DNA of 22,474 bases from Clostridia bacterium (GTDB lineage Bacteria > Bacillota > Clostridia > Oscillospirales > CAG-272). The translations under genes were made by a program, and so were the position numbers. Below the pieces are notes generated by a model. It was not told where the DNA came from and did not search any database. It saw only the letters and a list, made by a program, of their open reading frames with translations. Position 1 is the first letter of the stretch. Every line of letters begins with the position of its first letter. The stretch covers positions 1-22,474 of the forward strand of contig JAFVRA010000072.1 of assembly GCA_017504545.1 (NCBI GenBank). The letters are read 5' to 3'. Positions 6,211-14,581 of the stretch are shown piece by piece.

Positions 6211-7133
6211 TCAACGAACGCGAGAATATCTCTCACAACGTCGTCGTGAGTGAAGTCCTCAAGTATCTCGTGACGTGCGCCCTTGTATATCACGCACTTT
6301 ACGGGAATGCCTTTCTTTTTAAGTCCTTTCTCAACCTCAAGAACACCCTTAGAGTAGTTACCTACGGGATCGTCCTCGCCCGACACGAGCAGTACGGGGA
6401 GAGAGGTGGGCATAGCCTTGTACCAGCGCCCGAGGTTGCAGTCTCTGTTCATTCTGACGAGATCCTTCATAGCGCTGACGGTAAAGAAAAATCCGCTGAG
6501 CTTGTCCTCGTGAAATGCCGATAGGCGCTCTTGGTTCGTGGAGAGCCAGCGCGAAGGATCGGTACCCTCAAAGCGCTCGGTGTAATTACCGAATGCGAGC
6601 TTCTGCACGAGGGGAGAAATATGATGACCGCCGCGAAACGCCTTGATCATCGATATTATCGCAATTCCGGGGGTGGCAAGCGGATTCTTGCCGCCTGTGC
6701 CCATAATAATCAGCTTGTCGGGATTTTTGTACTTTGCCGTGGCAAGTCTTACGATAAACGAGCCCATGCTGTGTCCCATAAGAACGTAAGGACCATTCAC
6801 GCCCTTTTCGGCGGTATACTTGCTTATTACGGCATCGGCAAAGCGCTTGACGTCATCAATAAGAAGTTCGTAGCCCTTTTTATCGGCAATGTATCCGAAT
6901 TCAGAAGGATCTGCCGCAGTTTTTCCGTGACCGAGATGATCGTATCCAAAGCATATCCAGCCCTCGTCTGCCATCTGCGACATAAAGCGCTCGTATCTGC
7001 CGATATGCTCGCACATTCCGTGCACTACCTGAAAATATCCGCGCGCCTCACCGTCAGGACAATAGACAACGCCCGTGAGAGTGTGCTTACCGTCAGATGA
7101 GGGGTGTGTAAAGGAATTTACCGTGTAGCTCAT
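6207..7133 (-). CDS. Alpha/beta hydrolase (lysophospholipase / monoacylglycerol-lipase-like)
   Basis: 308-aa ORF with the nucleophile elbow GHSMGS, the oxyanion-type VVHGMCEH block and a C-terminal GARHEIL histidine block. A GGAGGT RBS is present. Confidence 0.85.
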   Translation of the reverse strand: MSYTVNSFTHPSSDGKHTLTGVVYCPDGEARGYFQVVHGMCEHIGRYERFMSQMADEGWICFGYDHLGHGKTAADPSEFGYIADKKGYELLIDDVKRFADAVISKYTAEKGVNGPYVLMGHSMGSFIVRLATAKYKNPDKLIIMGTGGKNPLATPGIAIISMIKAFRGGHHISPLVQKLAFGNYTERFEGTDPSRWLSTNQERLSAFHEDKLSGFFFTVSAMKDLVRMNRDCNLGRWYKAMPTSLPVLLVSGEDDPVGNYSKGVLEVEKGLKKKGIPVKCVIYKGARHEILEDFTHDDVVRDILAFVE

Positions 7134-7148
7134 AATTACCTCCGAAAA

Positions 7149-8654
7149 TCAGAAATTTCTGCAAGCGTTGACCGCTCTGTGCCAGCCTTCAAGAAGCCTT
7201 GCGCGAGTCTCTGCATCGATAGAGGGCTCGAATACGTCGGCGTCTGCGGCAAGTGCGCGAAGCTCGTCGCGGCTCTCAAAGAAGCCTACCGCAAGTCCTG
7301 CAAGGTACGCTGCACCCGTGGCGGTAGCCTCGGGATTTGCCGAGCGCACCACCGAGAGATCTGAGAAATCAGCCTGCATCTGCATAAGAAGCTTATTTGC
7401 AGAAGCGCCGCCGTCTACCTTAAGGCGAGATACGTCGCTTGAGTAGGGAAGTGAGCGCATATCCTCTCTCATCGCCGCGAGAACGTCCTCGGTCTGATAG
7501 CAGATAGACTCAAGCGCGGCTCTTATGATGTGGTTTGCGCCCGTTCCTCTCGTAAGCCCGAGTATGCTTCCGCGCGCGTGCATATCCCAATAGGGTGCGC
7601 CAAGGCCTGCAAATGCGGGAACGACGTAAACGCCGCCGTTGTCAGAAACCTTGCGCGCGAAATACTCGCTGTCCTTTGATTCGTTTATTACTCTAAGCTC
7701 GTCGCGAAGCCATTGCACCACGGCGCCACCAACGAAAACGCTGCCCTCAAGAGCGTATTCGATAGGCTTGCCCGCTTCTGTCGCAGCTATCGTGGTAAGC
7801 AGACCGTGCTTACTGCTGACGGCGTCGTTGCCCGTGTGAGTAAGCAGGAAGCAACCCGTACCGTAGGTGTTCTTGGCGCTTCCGCGCTCGAAGCAGCACT
7901 GTCCGAAGAGAGCTGCCTGCTGGTCACCTGCGATGCCCGATATAACTATCTCCGAGCCCATACACTCAAAGCTTCCGTAGATCTCGCTGCTGCTCTTTAT
8001 TTCGGGGAGCATAGAGCGGGGAACTCCGAGAAGCGAGAGCATGCCCTCATCCCACTCGCCCGTGCGGATGTTGCAGAGCATAGTTCTTGATGCGTTAGTG
8101 CGGTCGGTAACGAAAGCTCTGCCGTCTGTCAGCTTCCAGAGAAGCCATGTATCAACAGTTCCGAACAGAAGCTCGCCTGCCTCGGCTCTCTCTCTTGCAC
8201 CCTCGATATTGTCAAGTATCCATTTTAGCTTAGTTCCGCTGAAGTAGGGGTCGAGTCGCAAGCCCGTGGTCTTTCGTATATACTCGCTCTTGCCCTCTTT
8301 CTCAAGCTGCTCGCATATCTCTGCTGTGCGGCGGCATTGCCAGACGATAGCGTTACACACGGGCTTGCCCGTGCGCTTATCCCAAACGATAGTCGTCTCA
8401 CGCTGATTGGTTATACCGAGCGCGGCGATCTCGTCGGTAGATATTCCGCTTTTGGCGATGCACTCAATAAGTGAGGCGTACTGATTTGCATAGATCTCCA
8501 TAGGATCCTGCTCCACCCAGCCGGGTCTTGCGTATATCTGAGGGATCTCGTGCTGAGCCATAGCTACTATATTTGCCCTTTTGTCAAAGAGTATGGCGCG
8601 CGCGCTCGTCGTACCCTCGTCAAGCGCAAGAACGTATTTCTTTTTAGCTTCCAT
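7149..8654 (-). CDS. glpK: Glycerol kinase
   Basis: The N-terminal [19 protein letters not shown] block and the overall FGGY kinase pattern are unmistakable. I prefer the second ATG (8652-8654, MEAKKKYV...) because GGAG lies about 8 nt upstream of it. GGAG is only 2-3 nt from the ORF-track ATG at 8660. Confidence 0.93.
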   Translation of the reverse strand: MEAKKKYVLALDEGTTSARAILFDKRANIVAMAQHEIPQIYARPGWVEQDPMEIYANQYASLIECIAKSGISTDEIAALGITNQRETTIVWDKRTGKPVCNAIVWQCRRTAEICEQLEKEGKSEYIRKTTGLRLDPYFSGTKLKWILDNIEGARERAEAGELLFGTVDTWLLWKLTDGRAFVTDRTNASRTMLCNIRTGEWDEGMLSLLGVPRSMLPEIKSSSEIYGSFECMGSEIVISGIAGDQQAALFGQCCFERGSAKNTYGTGCFLLTHTGNDAVSSKHGLLTTIAATEAGKPIEYALEGSVFVGGAVVQWLRDELRVINESKDSEYFARKVSDNGGVYVVPAFAGLGAPYWDMHARGSILGLTRGTGANHIIRAALESICYQTEDVLAAMREDMRSLPYSSDVSRLKVDGGASANKLLMQMQADFSDLSVVRSANPEATATGAAYLAGLAVGFFESRDELRALAADADVFEPSIDAETRARLLEGWHRAVNACRNF

Positions 8655-8694
8655 ATACATGTCTCCTTTTTGGGTAAATAATCTTTACAAGAAC

Positions 8695-8723
8695 ATTATA
8701 TCATAATATTTTCACTATTTCAA
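8695..8723 (-). promoter_or_regulatory. Sigma-A-type promoter for glpK
   Basis: On the minus strand this reads TTGAAA (8718-8723), a 17-nt spacer, then TGaTATAAT (8695-8703). Confidence 0.55.
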
Positions 8724-8729
8724 TAGTGA
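8712..8729. promoter_or_regulatory. Perfect 8-2-8 palindrome overlapping the glpK -35; candidate operator
   Basis: TCACTATT-TC-AATAGTGA. The -35 hexamer (8718-8723) sits at its centre. Confidence 0.35.
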
Positions 8730-8761
8730 GATTTATCAGCTGAAAAATAAATGAAAATATA

Positions 8762-8790
8762 TTGCAATGAAAATAAAAAAATGTTATAAT
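8762..8790 (+). promoter_or_regulatory. Near-consensus sigma-A promoter upstream of the ABC operon
   Basis: TTGCAA (8762-8767), a 17-nt spacer, then TGtTATAAT (8782-8790). The predicted TSS is near 8797, which leaves a 5-prime leader of about 90 nt. Confidence 0.55.
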
Positions 8791-8806
8791 AAATTTAAGA
8801 AAATCA

Positions 8807-8886
8807 TGTAACCTTTTGAGAAAAATTACGACATATAATATAGAGGCACAAGTACCCTCGCCTTTAGTAAACGAAAGGAGATAAAA
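8807..8886 (+). promoter_or_regulatory. Conserved upstream module, copy 1 (before the ABC operon)
   Basis: TGTAACCTTTTGAGAAAAATTACGACATATA...GGCACAAGTACCCT...CGAAAGGAGA. The gapless alignment of 8806-8859 with 14505-14558 gives 43/54 identities by hand count (core 29/31). Confidence 0.5.
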
Positions 8887-11202
8887 ATGTCTTTACTTAA
8901 GCTCAGGGATATCGGCAAGATATACGTTTCGGAGGGATCGGTAGCGGTCGGTCTTCGCGGCGTCAATCTTGATTTCGATATCGGTGAATTTATTGCCGTA
9001 ACGGGCAAATCGGGAAGCGGTAAGACCACGCTTCTCAATATGATAAGCGGTATGGATACCTACGAGGAGGGAGAGCTCTATATAGAGGGCGAGCCCACCT
9101 CGCATTACGATCAGCTCGAGTGGGAGAACTATCGTAAGAAGTATATATCGTTTATCTTTCAGGAATACAACATAATCGACAGCTTCACGGTGCTTCAGAA
9201 CGTTGAGCTTGCGCTTTCTTATATCGACTCTCCGAGTGAGAGGCGCGCAAGAGCGCTTGAGCTTATCGAGCGCGTAGGTCTTACAAAATTCAAGAACCAC
9301 AAGGGCTCTAAGCTCTCGGGCGGACAGAAGCAGAGAACGGTCATCGCGCGTGCTCTCGCAAAGGACAGCCCAATAATTCTTGCCGACGAGCCTACGGGAA
9401 ATCTTGACGCTAAGACCTCTGAGGAGATAATTGCGCTTCTTGCCGAGATATCCAAGGATAAGCTCGTTATCGTGGTAACTCACACGGTAGAGGAGCTCCA
9501 AAAGTATGCGACGAGAGAGATAAGAATATTTGACGGTACGGTTGAGCGAGACGAGACGCTTCGCAAGGCAGAAAAGAGATCGACGGTCGATATAAGCGAG
9601 AAGATCGCAAAGCCGCACAATATCAGGCGCGGAATTGAGCTTGGCTGGCAGAGATTTCGCTCTATGCCAAAGCTTTCGGTGTTTATGTGCGCTCTTATGG
9701 TGCTTGCAATACTCGGCACCTTCTTCTCAACTCTGCTGTTCTCGGTGGATCTTGAGACGTCGTATCCCATTTTCGTCCACAGAGACGGCAGACTCGTTAT
9801 CACCCGTCAGGACGGCAGTCCGATAACCGACGATGAGCTTAAAGCTCTCGCAGAGGAGCTTGATGCAAAGGACTTCTGCCATTATGATTATCTTTACGAT
9901 TCGTCCTTCGGCGTGAATGATATATCAGATACGGGCAACCACAGATTTGCACAGGTCTACGCCTACGTTGACGACGGAAGCGTGCGTGCGACTGTCGGAC
10001 ACGAGCCCGAGAACGAAAACGAGGTAATGCTCTCTCTTCCGATAGAGTGGCTCTTGGTGTACGGTACGTCGCTTGACGAAGAGGACACTATCAAGCTCGG
10101 CGGCAGGACCTACACTATTTCGGGAGTACACTACTATCTCGACAATACCAAGACGGGCAGGGCGATATTCAGCGAGGAAGGCTTTGAGGAGTGTATCGAC
10201 TCTAACTTCATAAACGGCTATCAGTTCGGATTTATTTCTCTTACCCCGAGATTTGCTACCGACACCGCTCTTTTTGACTACGTGACGAATATCTATATAG
10301 ACGATACGCTCGGAGAGAACGAATGTTACTTTACAAGCACCGACTACAGGACTATCGAGAACATCAAGGTCGCGGCAAGAAAGGAAAATATAGACACGGC
10401 CGCTCTTACCTTTGACTTTAATAAGAACAGCAAGACGGGTATGTCTCAAGGATTTAGCTATCCTTACGGTGACGCTAAGATCAACCTTGACAGATGCAAG
10501 GTTGTTACAAGCAGCAATGATACCCCTTACCTTGAGTACGATTACGGCTACAACGGCGGTATCGTCTACGAGGACGTTCTCATCGTCGATAAGTACGCTC
10601 CCAACGGCTCGGTAGATATTTATATCTCGCGTGATATAGCCGACGCTATGTTTGAAAACCTCAGAGAGCCCAACTATATGCAGGCATCTCTCTTCTTTGG
10701 CAGCGACTCGCGCGCAGAGAAGGCGGCAGAGGAGCTTCAGGACAAGGGCTATTTCACGATGCTCTCAAGCCATACCTACGAGAGAGGCGAGGACATCATA
10801 CTCTCGCTCTTTATAAACATCTTTATGATAGGCTTCTGGCTCGTAACTCTTCTTTTCTTAGGACTCTTCCTCTACGTTTGCTCGGCAAGAGCGATAGTTG
10901 CCAAGAGAGGCGACATCGCGATACTTCGCTCAATGGGAATCGAGAATAAGGTCATCAAGATATCTATGTACGCGCAGACGGCAATAGCGATGATACCTTC
11001 ATTCGTTGTGCTCTTCTTTACGGCTGTGTTGATCTACACGTCGCCGTGGCTCAACCCGATGTTCCCGTTTATGCACGCGCATCAGTACGCGCTGATACTT
11101 CTCGGAATGGTGCTTATAAATCTTTATATCTCGAGAAAGTATAACAAAAAGATGTTCAAGGAAAGCGTCCGCAAAACTTTGAAGGGAGGAGCTAAGGAAT
11201 GA
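8887..11202 (+). CDS. MacB-type ABC transporter, fused ATP-binding domain and FtsX-like permease (771 aa)
   Basis: Walker A is GKSGSGKTT, the signature is LSGGQKQR, Walker B is ILADEPTGNLD and the H-loop is VTHT. TM1 lies near aa 262-285, followed by an extracytoplasmic domain of about 350 aa (ENEVMLSLP...IKLGGRTYTISGV, MacB periplasmic-core-like). Three C-terminal TM helices follow. An AAAGGAGA RBS is present. Confidence 0.85.
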   Translation: MSLLKLRDIGKIYVSEGSVAVGLRGVNLDFDIGEFIAVTGKSGSGKTTLLNMISGMDTYEEGELYIEGEPTSHYDQLEWENYRKKYISFIFQEYNIIDSFTVLQNVELALSYIDSPSERRARALELIERVGLTKFKNHKGSKLSGGQKQRTVIARALAKDSPIILADEPTGNLDAKTSEEIIALLAEISKDKLVIVVTHTVEELQKYATREIRIFDGTVERDETLRKAEKRSTVDISEKIAKPHNIRRGIELGWQRFRSMPKLSVFMCALMVLAILGTFFSTLLFSVDLETSYPIFVHRDGRLVITRQDGSPITDDELKALAEELDAKDFCHYDYLYDSSFGVNDISDTGNHRFAQVYAYVDDGSVRATVGHEPENENEVMLSLPIEWLLVYGTSLDEEDTIKLGGRTYTISGVHYYLDNTKTGRAIFSEEGFEECIDSNFINGYQFGFISLTPRFATDTALFDYVTNIYIDDTLGENECYFTSTDYRTIENIKVAARKENIDTAALTFDFNKNSKTGMSQGFSYPYGDAKINLDRCKVVTSSNDTPYLEYDYGYNGGIVYEDVLIVDKYAPNGSVDIYISRDIADAMFENLREPNYMQASLFFGSDSRAEKAAEELQDKGYFTMLSSHTYERGEDIILSLFINIFMIGFWLVTLLFLGLFLYVCSARAIVAKRGDIAILRSMGIENKVIKISMYAQTAIAMIPSFVVLFFTAVLIYTSPWLNPMFPFMHAHQYALILLGMVLINLYISRKYNKKMFKESVRKTLKGGAKE

Positions 11203-13931
11203 TCAGGATAGATAAGCTTAACAAATATTACGGCAACCGAGGCGCAAATCAGGTGCACGCCGTAAACGACGTTTCTATTACTCTCCCCGATAGCGGCATG
11301 GTCGCTATCTTCGGTAAATCGGGTTGCGGAAAGACTACGCTTCTCAATATGGTGGGAGGTCTTGACAAGGCAAGCTCGGGTGAGGTGCTCATTGACGGTA
11401 AGAAGATCACCCCCGACTCCGACAGCGCGAGAAATCTCAAGGTCGGATATATATTCCAGAATTACAACCTCTCCGAGAGAATGAGCGTTTACGATAACGT
11501 TGCGGTCTCGCTCCGCCTTTGCGGTATGACGGACGAAGCCGAGATAGAGGAGAGAGTTCTCGCGGCGCTCCGAAGCGTTGATATGGAGAAATACCGCAAG
11601 CGTCTGCCGACGGCTCTCTCGGGCGGTCAGCAGCAGAGAGTTGCTATTGCAAGAGCAATAGTGAAGAACCCCTCGCTCATCCTTGCCGACGAGCCTACGG
11701 GCAACCTTGACGAGCAGAACACGGTCATGGTTATGGATCTTCTCAAGTCGCTCTCGCGCGACAGGCTCGTGCTTCTCGTCACTCACGAGGCGCATCTCGT
11801 TGACAGCTATTGCGACAAGGTGATCGGTCTCTCTGACGGAAAGATATTTGAGGAGAGAGAGAACAGCGTAACCGAGGGCTATATTGGCAAGAAGGCAAAC
11901 GAGGTCTATCTTGGCGATATGGAGCGCGACGAGCTCTCGGACGGAGAGCTTACCTTTGAGTATTACGGCGACCGCGAGAACAAGCCGACAAAGCTTCGCA
12001 TCATCTCCTCGGGCGGCGTGCTTTACGTCTCTGCCGATGACGACGTCAAGCTGAAGATAGTCGATAAGTCCTCCGAGCTTATAGTTCACGAGGGCAAGTA
12101 TACCGAGAAGCCCAAGAGCGAGCCAAAGGAGCTTCCGTCTGAGCTCAAAGCTCCGATACCCGAGGGCAAGAGCGGACGGCTCTATAATTTCAAGGGCGCA
12201 CTCAAGAGCGGATTTAACAGCAACTTTGCCAAGAAGCGCAAGAGAAAGATACTTCTTATACTCACTATGATGTGCTTTGCGGCGATAATCGTATTCGTCG
12301 TAGGTCTTTTCGGTGCGGCGATATATAACTTCTCGACGGTTGAGCAGTATTTCAACTCAAACGTAGTAGGCGTTGACGCCAACGATATGAGCAACGAAGA
12401 GGCAAGGGAAGTAGTGAGCAGGGGAGACGCCGAGCTTTTCGTGATCAGCGGAAGCTTCAGCGAATATCGTCCCAACGTTCACGATTATCTCAATTTCTCG
12501 TTTGGTAGCTACGATACCGCATCCTACGGCATCCGCTACGATAATGCGGGAAGTGAGAACGTGCAGGCTCTTCCGATCTCTCTGCTTGAGGGCAGAAGAC
12601 TGCTTGCAGGCAGTGACGAGATCAAGGCTGAAAACGAGATCATTATCACCGCTGCGGTTGCAGACACCATAATAAAGGCGATGGGCAATTCCAACGTAAA
12701 GGAATACGAGGATCTTATCCACGCAAACGTCTCGCGCGGCGGCAGATACGGTTACTATTACGACGGTATGGATATGATATCCCCCGGCGGCAGAGCGCAG
12801 AACAGTAAGCTCAAGGTCGTTGGCGTAGTGTCGGGCTCTGACGAGGAGGCTTTCTACCACGAGTACACCTATTTGCAGAAGACTCTTACCGATCTTTACG
12901 GCGTAAACGCGGGATATTTCTCGGATCTTGAGCATTCGGGCTTTGACCTTCCCGCGCTTGAGAACGGAAGCGTGTACACCCTTGAGGGCTACTACACCTA
13001 CGGCGGCTATGAAAAGACGGTCATTGGCGGTGAAAGCTACAGAGTTGCCGACACTTACGAGGTCACCGTGACAGATGAGATGTTAAGTCAGCACTGCAAA
13101 GATTACTACGGCTACGATCTTACCGAGGGCGTTGAAGCGTATCTCAGATATTACTACGGCCTTAACAGCTTTGAGGACTGGGCGGCAACTTACTACGGCA
13201 AGGAGGGGCTCAGCAAGGAAGAAGCGAAGAACCTTCTTGACTCGGAGTATCAGTCGTTTATGGAAAGAGCCAAGGTAGAGTGCCTTATGCGCGAGGGAAA
13301 CAACGTTCCTAAGGTAATAATGACGCTTGAGGATATGAAGCGAGTGGCTACCTCCTACTCGATCGGCAAAGACTCCGAGGGACTTACCTCGGGCATCTAT
13401 CAGGGCGGAACCTACGTCTTTTATTCAAAGGATGCGAAGGCGCTCGGCGAGAGCATGATCGAGAAATACGGCGAGGATAACGTGATCACACCCAAGTCCT
13501 CTCGCGACTATTTGCGCGCAGAGTATTACGGCACCTTCGTATCTCTCACGGTAGTTCTTATAGTCGTCAGCGCGATAATGTCGCTCTGTCTCTACTTCAT
13601 CATGCGCTCGTCTCTTATGGGGGACATCAAGGAGGTCGGAATCAGCCGCGCTATCGGCGTAAGCAAGAGAAATCTCTCCTACAGATATCTTATTGAGACG
13701 CTGATGCTCTTTATTATGACTATCTTCGTAGGATTCCTGCTCTCAAGTATACTGATGGGACTTCTCACGAGCCTTATATCGACTATGGGTATGCTGGTCT
13801 ACTACCCGTGGTGGCTCGGAATAATCACGCTTATAGGAATAATCATCATCACCGTGATATGCGGACAGATGCCTATACGCTCGCTTCTTCGCCGTTCACC
13901 CGCGGAGATACTTGCAAAATACGATATCTAA
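11199..13931 (+). CDS. MacB-type ABC transporter, fused ATP-binding domain and FtsX-like permease (910 aa)
   Basis: Walker A is GKSGCGKTT, the signature is LSGGQQQR, Walker B is ILADEPTGNLD and the H-loop is VTHE. A cytoplasmic linker of about 120 aa precedes TM1 (near aa 350-375). An extracytoplasmic domain of about 400 aa follows (ENEIIITAAVADTI...KLKVVGVVSG), then three C-terminal TM helices. An ATGA overlap with the upstream gene (11199-11202) implies translational coupling. Confidence 0.85.
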   Translation: MIRIDKLNKYYGNRGANQVHAVNDVSITLPDSGMVAIFGKSGCGKTTLLNMVGGLDKASSGEVLIDGKKITPDSDSARNLKVGYIFQNYNLSERMSVYDNVAVSLRLCGMTDEAEIEERVLAALRSVDMEKYRKRLPTALSGGQQQRVAIARAIVKNPSLILADEPTGNLDEQNTVMVMDLLKSLSRDRLVLLVTHEAHLVDSYCDKVIGLSDGKIFEERENSVTEGYIGKKANEVYLGDMERDELSDGELTFEYYGDRENKPTKLRIISSGGVLYVSADDDVKLKIVDKSSELIVHEGKYTEKPKSEPKELPSELKAPIPEGKSGRLYNFKGALKSGFNSNFAKKRKRKILLILTMMCFAAIIVFVVGLFGAAIYNFSTVEQYFNSNVVGVDANDMSNEEAREVVSRGDAELFVISGSFSEYRPNVHDYLNFSFGSYDTASYGIRYDNAGSENVQALPISLLEGRRLLAGSDEIKAENEIIITAAVADTIIKAMGNSNVKEYEDLIHANVSRGGRYGYYYDGMDMISPGGRAQNSKLKVVGVVSGSDEEAFYHEYTYLQKTLTDLYGVNAGYFSDLEHSGFDLPALENGSVYTLEGYYTYGGYEKTVIGGESYRVADTYEVTVTDEMLSQHCKDYYGYDLTEGVEAYLRYYYGLNSFEDWAATYYGKEGLSKEEAKNLLDSEYQSFMERAKVECLMREGNNVPKVIMTLEDMKRVATSYSIGKDSEGLTSGIYQGGTYVFYSKDAKALGESMIEKYGEDNVITPKSSRDYLRAEYYGTFVSLTVVLIVVSAIMSLCLYFIMRSSLMGDIKEVGISRAIGVSKRNLSYRYLIETLMLFIMTIFVGFLLSSILMGLLTSLISTMGMLVYYPWWLGIITLIGIIIITVICGQMPIRSLLRRSPAEILAKYDI

Positions 13932-13946
13932 CAGAGGAATTTTAAA

Positions 13947-14480
13947 ATGGTGCTTCAGAAAGGACGCCCTGCGGACACCGCAGGGCGACTTGAAAAGGAA
14001 ATACGCTCGTACGATCTGCTTGATTCTCTTGGAATAGAGTACGACAGGATCGACCACGAGCCTGCAATGACTATGGAGGTATGCGAGGAGATAGACAGAG
14101 TGCTTGGCGCTACTATCTGCAAAAATCTCTTTCTTTGCAACAGACAAGAGACCGACTTTTATCTGTTGATGATGCCGGGCGACAAGCCTTTCAAGACGAA
14201 AGACCTGTCATCCCAGATAGGCTCGTCTCGACTTTCGTTCGGCAGTCCTGAGTATATGGAGCAGCTCGTTGATATAACCCCCGGCTCGCTCAGTATTCTC
14301 GGACTTATGAACGACAAGGAGGGCAGGGTGCGCCTGCTTATCGACAAGGACGTGCTCTCGGGCGAGTATATCGGCTGTCATCCGTGTATAAACACCTCGA
14401 GCCTCAGAATTAAGACCTCGGATATGGTCGAGAAGCTTATCCCCGCGCTCCGCCACACGCCCACGCTCGTGGAGCTTTAA
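13947..14480 (+). CDS. YbaK/ProX-like aminoacyl-tRNA trans-editing domain protein
   Basis: 177-aa ORF of the size typical for free-standing YbaK/ProX proteins. It has the CKNLFLCN...FYLLMMPGDK block (the conserved Lys-containing KNLFL motif) and GCHPC. It starts 15 nt after ABC-2 with an AGAGGA RBS. Confidence 0.7.
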   Translation: MVLQKGRPADTAGRLEKEIRSYDLLDSLGIEYDRIDHEPAMTMEVCEEIDRVLGATICKNLFLCNRQETDFYLLMMPGDKPFKTKDLSSQIGSSRLSFGSPEYMEQLVDITPGSLSILGLMNDKEGRVRLLIDKDVLSGEYIGCHPCINTSSLRIKTSDMVEKLIPALRHTPTLVEL

Positions 14481-14505
14481 AATTTTAAAAAAGTTTTATA
14501 AAACG

Positions 14506-14581
14506 TGTAACCTTTCAAGAAAAATTACGACATATATAGTGAAGGCACAAATGCCCTATTTGTCATCGAAAGGAGAACAAA
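14506..14581 (+). promoter_or_regulatory. Conserved upstream module, copy 2 (before the serpin pair)
   Basis: TGTAACCTTTCAAGAAAAATTACGACATATA...GGCACAAATGCCCT...CGAAAGGAGA. See copy 1. No hairpin terminator separates it from the preceding proX-like gene. Confidence 0.5.

Noticed and set aside
8750-8775. Direct repeat AATGAAAATA (8750-8759 and 8766-8775) in the glpK/ABC intergenic region.
   Set aside because: The sequence is very AT-rich and low in complexity, and a 10-nt repeat there is not surprising. It overlaps the -35 and spacer of the plus-strand promoter without clear added meaning.
11124-12089. 321-aa minus-strand ORF spanning the ABC-1/ABC-2 junction, plus similar antisense ORFs at 8893-9618, 9925-10449 and 12357-12935.
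   Set aside because: They lie fully antisense to ORFs with complete ABC motif sets. They have no RBS, and their Leu/Arg/Val-rich sequence is typical of shadow frames.
14493-14504. Perfect 12-nt palindrome GTTTTATAAAAC just upstream of module copy 2.
   Set aside because: It is AT-only apart from its ends and too weak to serve as a terminator. Copy 1 has no counterpart, so it cannot be distinguished from chance.
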